Shown here piece by piece: positions 24,799-32,000 of a stretch of DNA of 32,000 nucleotides. Source of the stretch: Bacillota bacterium (GTDB taxonomy: Bacteria > Bacillota > UBA4882 > UBA8346); the NCBI GenBank assembly GCA_029776205.1, contig JAKOTQ010000107.1, positions 20,035 through 52,034 of the forward strand. The letters run 5' to 3'. Below the pieces are notes generated by a model. It searched no databases and was not told the origin of the DNA. It saw only the letters and a program-made list of their open reading frames with translations. Positions within the stretch are counted from its first letter, which is position 1. Every line of letters begins with the position of its first letter. The translations under genes and the position numbers were made by a program.

Positions 24799-25892
24799 TT
24801 GAAAGAAGGTTCTCCGACGTTTATTAAGAAAAAAACTGGGTTTCTTATTATAACGGTTCTCCTCTTAGGCGTGGTCATCTATTTATCCCAAACTATGCTG
24901 GCCCCCTTTTTAGTGGCTTTTTTTTTAGCCTATGCCATCAATCCGCTGGTTGAATTTTTGGAGCGAAAGGGGGCCAGGCGGGAATACGCCATCGTCACTG
25001 TTTACATTGGTTTGGCCATTGTGGCGGCTGTTTTTTTGGTTTGGTCATCCCACGCCTTCTCAATGACTTAACCCGGGCCTTGCAGAAAATTCCGGTGTTG
25101 GTTGATGAGTTTCACAAGATAGAACGGGCTGTAAACCGAATTCTTAGTCATTGGGAAATGTGGCCTCAATGGAAGTTTCTCACTTCGGAAGTGACCCGCC
25201 GCAGCGAATTGTGGTTGCGCCGGTTTATGATTGATCTGGCAGAAAGCGCCGTCAATCTCTTTTCGCAGACCCTTTATTTCATTTTGGTTCCATTGATCTC
25301 GTACTACATCAGTCGGGATTATCCCCGGATGAAGAGGACAACCCATCATTGGCTGGAGAAACATTTCGGAGAGCATTGGACGCAAACGTTTTTAGAGATT
25401 GATGCGGTATTTCGTTTATATATCCGGGGCCAATTATTGGTGACGTTAATTGTCGGACTGTTAATCAGCATTGGTCTGGTGTTGATGGGATTTGAGATCG
25501 CCTTTTTCTTGGGGATGCTTGCCGGAATTTTTAATCTCATCCCCTATTTCGGGCCGGTAATGGGTGCCATTCCGGTGATTGTTTTTGCGCTTTTGAAATC
25601 ACCATGGCATGTCGTCTATGTCATATTATTATTTTTCGGGGTCAATCAATTGGAAGTGATGTATCTGGCGCCTAAAATTATTGGCGGCAGCCTTGGCCTT
25701 CATCCGTTGGTTGTTATTTATCTGGTTTTAGCCGGAGGTAAGGTATTTGGACTTTGGGGGATGATCTTTGCCGTTCCTTTGGGAGCCTTAATCTTGATTA
25801 TTTTTAAAAGTATTTATGAAATCGCTTTCGGCTTGGTAAATACGGGGCAAATCCCAGGAAAGCCCGATTTTAATGATGGAGAGCCGGATTGA
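24799..25892 (+). pseudogene. AI-2E family transporter (PerM/YtvI-like) split by a frameshift in a T7 run
   Basis: ORF 24799-25071 (frame 1) and ORF 25041-25892 (frame 3) together form one AI-2E protein. Adding one T to the run at 25031-25037 gives the continuous reading ...VAAVFFGLVIPRLLNDL... Confidence 0.8.
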
Positions 25893-25982
25893 CAACCCTG
25901 GTAAGATTAGGTATGATAAACATGGCGGAGGTAATCCGCTTTTTCTTTATTTGTTTTAGGTTTCAGTCAGGAGGGTATCATA

Positions 25983-28154
25983 TTGCACCATCGGTTATTG
26001 CGCGCCATGGTTGTTTGGGGAATGATGATGTTGTGCCTTTTTGGGACTCCGGCAACCGGCCAAGCCTTCAAGAATGTACTGATCATTGATATACCTCGCT
26101 TGACGTTTTCGGATATTACATCGGAGTATCCGGTGTTGAACCGATTGGTCCATGAGTCGGCCACCGGTATTATGGCTTTGCCAAATGTGGAAGTAAAGAC
26201 CCCAGATAAGACATATCTCGAGTTAAACAGCGGCACACCGGTAAAAACCACATCTGATGCGATGGTTTTTTTTCAGGTTCATGATGTTTATCGAGGGATG
26301 CCGGTCGGGACGTTGTATCGAACATTGACCGGTGTGGAACCTCCGGCAGAAGGTGCTGTCAATCTGGGTTTTTCCAAGCTTGTTCAATTGAATCTTCCAA
26401 ACAAAGCCAATCAATCCCTGGGTTTAGTGGGAAAGCTTCTTCATCAGAAAGGGTACAAGACCATCGTTGCCGGGAATGCCGATGCGGATCGGGATAATTT
26501 CAACCGGATAGGAACGGCGCTACTGATGGATGACCAGGGGACGGTGGATCAGGCTTCCATCGGCTGGGAGACTGTGGCAGAAGATTTTAATTTTGTATTT
26601 GGAATTAAAACGGCAACTTCATACCTGTTGAATGTATGGGAAAAACATTCGAATGAAGCGGCTGTAACCCATTTTATCCTCGGTGATTTAGAGCGAATCA
26701 ATAAATTTAGCAATTATTTGCCTGGGCCGCGTCTGGAGTATCACCGAAAGAAAGTGCTTCGACAATATGAAGAGTTCTTTGAGGGATTGCTATCGAGAAT
26801 CGATTTCAACCGGACGTTGCTTGTTATCTTTTCGGTAACCGGTCCCGATTATGCTAAAACCGGAGCCAAGCTGAATCCGGTTATCATTAAAACGGCCGGC
26901 ATTTCCGGCGGAATGCTTTATTCTAACAGTACCCGAAGGCCGGGGCTGGTCACCGGATATGATGTGATGGCAACGGTTCTCGAGCATATGGAGATTAAAG
27001 AAGGATATTTTAAAGGCCGTCCATTAAAAGCGACTTCCGGGAATTGGCAGGCTGTTTCTTCCATGCAGCAAGACTTGGTCATCAATTATGATTTGCGTTG
27101 GCCGTTGTTATCCGTTTATGGTTATGGACTCATTGCTTTGGTAGTAGCATTCGTCATCGGATTTATTGCTTTCCGGAAGCGGATCACACTGTTTAAATGG
27201 TTAATGCGAATCTATTTGTTCTTACTGACTTTTCCGGTGATATTCCTGGCGGAAGCATTGTTTCAACCGGTGGATTGGTTGGCGATTATCGGTTTTACCG
27301 CGGTTGGGGCTGCCGTCCTCACGGGGTTGGCTTATAAGGTGGCCAAAGGCGATCCCGGTAAAGCATTGCTGTTTATTTCTGGTGTGACCGTTGTCGGCAT
27401 CATCATCGACGGATTGGGGAATGGTTATACCCAGTTGTATTCTTTTTGGGGCTATTCGGCTGTTGCCGGAGCCAGATTTTACGGTATTGGCAATGAGTAT
27501 ATGGGGTTTTTGCTGGGGGCCTATATTGTGATGGTTACCCTGGGTTTGGATCGGATTCCGTGCCGGTGGCAAAAAGCCGTTTGGCCTTTAGGTTTGGGGA
27601 TTGCGGTACTTCTCGCTTATCCGGCTCTGGGAGCCAATATCGGCGGAGGAATTACGGCGTTACTGGGATTGGGAATCGCCAATTACCTTTGGTTAAACCG
27701 GCCGGTCGGAATACGGCAGCTGCTGATTTTGGCCGGAGTATTTTCCCTGTTCATATTGGGCATTGCCGTGTCGGATCTGGCTATGGACGGGAAGGTAACT
27801 CATTTCGGCCAATTTTTAAAATCATTTCATGAAGAAGGTTTGGACGCACTGCTGCAGTTGTTCTCTAGAAAACTCAATATGAACCTGCAGTTGATCGGAT
27901 ATACGCCGCTCTCCAATGTTCTCATCGGTATGTTATTATTAGTGCCGGTTTTATACAAGAGACCTCCTCAGCTCATTGCAGGATGGGTTAACAGCCATCG
28001 ACGGGGAATCCGGGGTTTAACGGCTTTATCGCTAACTGCATTGATCGCTTTGATTGCTAATGATTCGGGCATCGTAAGCGTGGCAACGATGTTTATTTTT
28101 GGAGTGCCTTTGCTGATGGTGTTGATTTTGGAGAAAACCTCTTTAAGGAGTTGA
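25983..28154 (+). CDS. large polytopic membrane protein with a ~360 aa N-terminal extracytoplasmic domain; function unknown
   Basis: AGGAGGG lies 8 nt upstream of the TTG. It has a signal-like N-terminus, a soluble domain, then about 11 hydrophobic helices. VLIIDIPRLTFSDI...NSGTP shows a faint resemblance to alkaline-phosphatase-superfamily cores. Confidence 0.6.
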   Translation: MHHRLLRAMVVWGMMMLCLFGTPATGQAFKNVLIIDIPRLTFSDITSEYPVLNRLVHESATGIMALPNVEVKTPDKTYLELNSGTPVKTTSDAMVFFQVHDVYRGMPVGTLYRTLTGVEPPAEGAVNLGFSKLVQLNLPNKANQSLGLVGKLLHQKGYKTIVAGNADADRDNFNRIGTALLMDDQGTVDQASIGWETVAEDFNFVFGIKTATSYLLNVWEKHSNEAAVTHFILGDLERINKFSNYLPGPRLEYHRKKVLRQYEEFFEGLLSRIDFNRTLLVIFSVTGPDYAKTGAKLNPVIIKTAGISGGMLYSNSTRRPGLVTGYDVMATVLEHMEIKEGYFKGRPLKATSGNWQAVSSMQQDLVINYDLRWPLLSVYGYGLIALVVAFVIGFIAFRKRITLFKWLMRIYLFLLTFPVIFLAEALFQPVDWLAIIGFTAVGAAVLTGLAYKVAKGDPGKALLFISGVTVVGIIIDGLGNGYTQLYSFWGYSAVAGARFYGIGNEYMGFLLGAYIVMVTLGLDRIPCRWQKAVWPLGLGIAVLLAYPALGANIGGGITALLGLGIANYLWLNRPVGIRQLLILAGVFSLFILGIAVSDLAMDGKVTHFGQFLKSFHEEGLDALLQLFSRKLNMNLQLIGYTPLSNVLIGMLLLVPVLYKRPPQLIAGWVNSHRRGIRGLTALSLTALIALIANDSGIVSVATMFIFGVPLLMVLILEKTSLRS

Positions 28155-28160
28155 AGATTA

Positions 28161-29684
28161 GTGGGTGAAGGACAAGTTATTACTGTCTATTCCGATACTA
28201 AAATCGAACAACTTGTCAAAGAGATGATGAACAATCCGGCTGATCAGGTTATTTTGCGAGTTGCACCGGATTGTAAATTATTGAATAACGAGGTCAATCT
28301 TCGGCTGGTCAAATTTTATGCTGAAGAAGTCGATAAAGAGTTAATTATCAACGCCAGTGATGAGGCATTGATTGCGGCAGCACAGCGGGTGGGATTGTCG
28401 ACGATTCGGGAACGGGAAGTAACTGAAGCCGATTTTCGTCCGGAAGAATCACCGGCTCCAAAGTCAAAACGGCCGTCGGCCGGGGGAGGTTCGAAGTCCC
28501 AGCCGGTTCGCGTCTATCGTTATCATGGTGGACTGATACCTGCCTTATTGGTTGCTTTTTTCACTTTCATCGTCGCGGTATGGTGGTTTTTGCAACCCAA
28601 AGCCACAGTGATTGTTTATCCCAAAGAGCAATTTTTAAATTTTCGGACCGAGGTTTTATCAGGTTTGGAATATCAGGACCGGGATTTGGCTGAAGGCCGT
28701 ATTCCAGCGAAGCTGTTTGAGAAAAACTTTACCTTGACGGTTCAAAGTAAAGCCACAGGTTTTAAAGTGATCGGAGTCACCCAGGCAACCGGAAAGGTGA
28801 CTGTGATTAACAGTACTGCGCAACCGTTGACCATTCCGAAAGGCACGGTATTTGTCGGTAAGGACGGTATTCAGTTCACTTCCGATAAGGCCGTTGTGGT
28901 TCCTAAGAAAGTCACCAAGTATCAGTATGGTTTGCCAGTCGGTGAAGAGTACGGCCGGGTGGAGGTTCCGATTACTGCTGTGGCCAAAGGAAGCGGAGGC
29001 AATCTGCCGCCCAAGGCGATTAACCGGATTGAAGGAAGTTTACAACGGCATCTGACGGTGATCAATTTGACTCCTACAGCAGGTGGAACCGATCAAAAGG
29101 TTGCTGTTGTCACTCTTGATGATGTCAAACGGGGCGAAGCTGAAGCCAGAGAACAAATGATGATTTCCGGTACTGAAGAAGCCGGGCGGCTTGTAGATAA
29201 AAACTATTTATATCTGCCGGAACTAACGGAACTGGAGTTGATCCGAGTTACCAGTTCACCGGAGATTGGAGAAACAGCAGAGACGGTCACCACCAAGTTG
29301 GAATACCGGGTTTCAACGTTAGCACCGTCGCAGGAAGGGATCAGGAAGTATTTGAAGTTACAGTTGGACAAGAATATGCCTGCAAATTTTGAGGCTAAAA
29401 ATAATGATGTCAGTTTGGTCAGTGCCAATGCTGTCACTGCTTCCGGCAAAATCCAATTGGAGTTGGTCGGCCGGGGAACCATTCGTGGTATTCTCAATCA
29501 GGCAAAGATCAAAGAATTAGTCAAGGGTAAAACCATTACCGAAGCCAAAGCGGCGTTGGCAACTCTGAATGAAGTGGCTGATTGCAAATTTGACCTTCGG
29601 GATGGCCGTTCTAAGCTACCGTCGTTTGGTTTTCAGATCCGCACCTTATTTCCGGCTGGTTCCCGGGAGCCAGTTCGACCATGA
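28161..29684 (+). CDS. membrane-anchored baseplate J/gp47-like domain protein
   Basis: The GTG start lies 6 nt after the previous stop. There is a single TM helix (LIPALLVAFFTFIVAVWWFL). GKVTVINSTAQPLTIPKGTVFVGKDGIQFTSD...VPITAVAKGSGGNLP resembles Baseplate_J. Confidence 0.55.
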   Translation: MGEGQVITVYSDTKIEQLVKEMMNNPADQVILRVAPDCKLLNNEVNLRLVKFYAEEVDKELIINASDEALIAAAQRVGLSTIREREVTEADFRPEESPAPKSKRPSAGGGSKSQPVRVYRYHGGLIPALLVAFFTFIVAVWWFLQPKATVIVYPKEQFLNFRTEVLSGLEYQDRDLAEGRIPAKLFEKNFTLTVQSKATGFKVIGVTQATGKVTVINSTAQPLTIPKGTVFVGKDGIQFTSDKAVVVPKKVTKYQYGLPVGEEYGRVEVPITAVAKGSGGNLPPKAINRIEGSLQRHLTVINLTPTAGGTDQKVAVVTLDDVKRGEAEAREQMMISGTEEAGRLVDKNYLYLPELTELELIRVTSSPEIGETAETVTTKLEYRVSTLAPSQEGIRKYLKLQLDKNMPANFEAKNNDVSLVSANAVTASGKIQLELVGRGTIRGILNQAKIKELVKGKTITEAKAALATLNEVADCKFDLRDGRSKLPSFGFQIRTLFPAGSREPVRP

Positions 29685-30625
29685 AGAGAGTACGGCTGGG
29701 TTTAACCGATTTAATGGTATCTCCGCTTTGCATGGGAACGCTGACGGTAGGTCCTACGCAGAAAAATCTGCCCCAGCAGGAAGCTGCGGATTTGGTGATT
29801 CGAGCGTATGAGTTGGGAATCAATTTTTTCGATTCGGCGGAGATCTATGGGACCTATCCCATCCTGGGATTGGCGTTGCAAACTTATCCGGAACTGATCG
29901 TGACCGGAAAATCTTATGCCGTCACAGCGGATGAGATGCGAAAAAGCATTGAGAAAGCCCGGAAGGAGTTAAACCGGGATTATATTGATATTTTTTGTCT
30001 TCATGAAGTGGAAAACAGTGCTGCATTGAAAGGCCATCGCGGGGCTTTGGATTATCTTTATGAAGCGCGCCAACGGGGAATTGTACGGGCGGTCGGAATC
30101 TCCACCCATACCGTTGCCGGGGTTCGGGCCGGTGCCAATGAACCGGGGATCGACGTGATACATCCCTTAATTAACCGGGCTGGAATCGGTATCAAAGACG
30201 GAACGGTTGATGATATGATTGCAGCGATTCGAACTGCCCGGGAATTCGGAAAAGGGATATATGCGATGAAAGTATTGGGCGGTGGCCATTTATACCGGGA
30301 GGCTGTTGAGTCGATCCGGTTTGTTCGTCAACTGGGTATTGTAGATTCCATAGCCATCGGCATGCAATCTGAAGCGGAAATTCGGTTCAATCGGATGTTA
30401 GTGGAGGGAGAGACTCCGCCGCCGGACCTTGGGGACGAGGTGGCAGGAACGGCCCGGGCGTTACAGATAGAAGATTGGTGTTGCGGTTGTGGCCGTTGTG
30501 TGGCCCGATGCGGATTTGAAGCGCTACATCTGGAAAACGGCGTAGCTAAGGTTGATCGGGCCCGTTGTATGATGTGCGGATATTGTGCTCGGGTTTGCCC
30601 GGAGTTTTGCTTGAAAATTGTCTAA
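29681..30625 (+). CDS. aldo/keto reductase fused to a C-terminal 4Fe-4S ferredoxin-type domain (second copy)
   Basis: The start overlaps the upstream stop (ATGA). AKR N-terminus LGLTDLMVSPLCMGT...GINFFDSAEIYG. Cys clusters CCGCGRCVARC and CMMCGYCARVCP. Confidence 0.85.
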   Translation: MKRVRLGLTDLMVSPLCMGTLTVGPTQKNLPQQEAADLVIRAYELGINFFDSAEIYGTYPILGLALQTYPELIVTGKSYAVTADEMRKSIEKARKELNRDYIDIFCLHEVENSAALKGHRGALDYLYEARQRGIVRAVGISTHTVAGVRAGANEPGIDVIHPLINRAGIGIKDGTVDDMIAAIRTAREFGKGIYAMKVLGGGHLYREAVESIRFVRQLGIVDSIAIGMQSEAEIRFNRMLVEGETPPPDLGDEVAGTARALQIEDWCCGCGRCVARCGFEALHLENGVAKVDRARCMMCGYCARVCPEFCLKIV

Positions 30626-30643
30626 ATACATATAAGGAAGTCT

Positions 30644-31066
30644 ATGATGCGTTGGATGGGTTTGGATATTGGAGATAAGCGGATCGGGATCGCATTGAGT
30701 GATCCCTTGGAGATAACGGCTCAGAGCCATTCTATGTTGGAACGGCGCGGGTTGTCTCGTGATCTGGAACATTTGCGACAGCTCGTGCTGGACTATGAAG
30801 TCACCGGAATCGTTTGCGGTTTACCCGTTAATATGAACGGGAGCGAAGGGCCGATGGCCGAGAAAGTTCGACAATTTGGCGAAGCCTTGGGAGAGATTAC
30901 TGGAATCCGACCGGTGTTTTGGGATGAACGGCTTTCGACAGCTTCAGCCCAGAGGGTGCTGATTGAAGCAGATCTGTCCCGGGGGAAACGCCGGCAAAAA
31001 GTGGATCAGTTGGCAGCAGCCATCATATTGCAAAATTTTTTGAACAGTCGAAACCGTAATAAATAA
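30644..31066 (+). CDS. ruvX: putative pre-16S rRNA nuclease / Holliday junction resolvase-like protein RuvX (YqgF)
   Basis: WMGLDIGDKRIGIALSD, LPVNMNGSEGP, WDERLST. Length is 140 aa. Confidence 0.9.
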   Translation: MMRWMGLDIGDKRIGIALSDPLEITAQSHSMLERRGLSRDLEHLRQLVLDYEVTGIVCGLPVNMNGSEGPMAEKVRQFGEALGEITGIRPVFWDERLSTASAQRVLIEADLSRGKRRQKVDQLAAAIILQNFLNSRNRNK

Positions 31067-31090
31067 GGGAGATTATATTTCCGGTAAGAA

Positions 31091-31120
31091 TTGCACATTC
31101 TAATTTGGCAGTGTTATAAT
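31091..31120 (+). promoter_or_regulatory. sigma-A type promoter with extended -10
   Basis: TTGCAC (31091-31096), 18 nt spacer, TGtTATAAT (31112-31120). Confidence 0.45.
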
Positions 31121-31205
31121 TGTTTACCGTTGCCATAATGTTTAAGAAATCATGGCCGAACATTATGCAATACATTAATAGAAATAATATGAGGAGGAAA
31201 TGTCG

Positions 31206-31493
31206 ATGGCAGAAGAAAGCAATAAAATTACTCTGATCGATGAAGACAATGTGGAACATCAATTTATTTTATTGAATGTTGTCGAGATGGACGGCGCCAA
31301 ATATGCCGTTATGGTTCCTGAGGAAGAAATGACTGAAGAGGAAGAACAAGAAGCGGTTATTTTCCGGATTGAAACCGACGAGAATGGTGAAGAGGTTTTA
31401 GTCGATATTGAAGATGATGAAGAATTTGCCAAAGTCTGCGATTTGCTGGATGAATTGATGGCTGAGGATGAGGATGAAGAGAATCCGCAGTAA
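31206..31493 (+). CDS. DUF1292 family protein (YrzB-like)
   Basis: ITLIDEDNVEHQFILLNVVEMDGAKYAVMVP followed by an acidic tail is typical of the family. GGAGG lies 8 nt upstream of ATG 31206; the tracked ATG 31200 is only 2 nt from the SD. Confidence 0.85.
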   Translation: MAEESNKITLIDEDNVEHQFILLNVVEMDGAKYAVMVPEEEMTEEEEQEAVIFRIETDENGEEVLVDIEDDEEFAKVCDLLDELMAEDEDEENPQ

Positions 31494-31547
31494 GTAAGTT
31501 TGTTTTTTAGTCAGAATTTTAGTATAATGATGCCGGGAGGGATGTTT

Positions 31548-32000
31548 TTGCGTTTAACCTCTTGGCTTCATTATACAAAGATCAATCGATATCGTATGGA
31601 CGATGTTTTGGCAAAATTGCGCCAATGGATAACATCCCACCCTCTGCTCGGGGGTGGAATTATCATTTCTTTGGTGATCATATCGGCAGTCGGCGTTTCC
31701 TACCTTTGGAATCTGGCTCCGGTGGATTTCCAGAGCAGTGAGCGGCAAGTGGTGGAAATCCCCTTCGGCGCTTCGTTGCGGCAAATCAGTCAGCAGCTCG
31801 AAACCAAAGGGATCGTTCGCAATCGGTTTGTTTATGAACTCTATGTCCGGCTTGATTTTAAAGCACGGATGGCTCGATCCGGACGGTATTTATTGGGGCC
31901 GGGTATGTCTGTACCTCAAATCGTCAAGGAATTGACCAAAGGAACAACTCAGGATATCCGGGTGACTATTCCTGAAGGGTTAACCAGCAAAGAAATTGCG
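31548..32000 (+). CDS. mltG: endolytic murein transglycosylase MltG (YceG-like), N-terminal part; 3' end outside window
   Basis: It is missing from the ORF track because it has no stop in the window. GGGAGG lies 7 nt upstream of TTG 31548. A TM helix is followed by VVEIPFGASLRQISQQLETKGIVRNRFVYELY...GRYLLGPGMSVPQIVKEL...VTIPEGLTSKEIA. The ruvX-DUF1292-mltG order is conserved. Confidence 0.85.
   Translation, partial: MRLTSWLHYTKINRYRMDDVLAKLRQWITSHPLLGGGIIISLVIISAVGVSYLWNLAPVDFQSSERQVVEIPFGASLRQISQQLETKGIVRNRFVYELYVRLDFKARMARSGRYLLGPGMSVPQIVKELTKGTTQDIRVTIPEGLTSKEIA

Noticed and set aside
1-32000. CRISPR arrays, rRNA or tRNA genes, transposases, integrases, IS ends, prophage or defence-island signatures
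   Set aside because: I saw no direct-repeat and spacer periodicity, no tRNA T-arm or acceptor signatures, and no recombinase-like ORFs. Gene content is housekeeping and sporulation throughout.

Overview
This window looks like core chromosome of a spore-forming Firmicute, probably Clostridia or Peptococcaceae-like. That assignment is an inference from gene content, frequent GTG/TTG starts and strong GGAGG ribosome-binding sites. Gene order: pepD (3' end), a CotF-like spore-coat pair, trkH-trkA, a hybrid PAS histidine kinase, several small ORFs, a DUF3794-like protein, a T-box leader with a divergent MetRS-family gene, an aldo/keto reductase with Fe-S domain, a PAP2 phosphatase, glnS flanked by two inverted CBM-like paralogues, a CheY-like receiver, a SleB-like hydrolase, rarA, a racemase-like enzyme, iscS-iscU-mnmA, an AI-2E permease, a large membrane protein with a membrane-anchored baseplate-J-like protein, a second aldo/keto reductase, and ruvX-DUF1292-mltG. 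I found no CRISPR array, rRNA, tRNA, transposase, integrase or recognisable defence island. I cannot honestly name a clear novel multi-gene system. The strongest anomaly is the T-box leader. Its specifier triplet reads CAG (Gln) and its discriminator-pairing base predicts G73, yet it controls a MetRS-fold enzyme with altered signature motifs, while an ordinary glnS sits nearby. Other items worth a look: a GC-rich, hairpin-dense ~400 nt non-coding stretch closed by convergent terminators; a single in-frame TAA in trkH; a T7 homopolymer frameshift in the AI-2E gene; a small ORF that needs a non-ATG start; and a CymR/IscR-type operator with no adjacent Rrf2 gene. All calls were made by eye, with no searches run.
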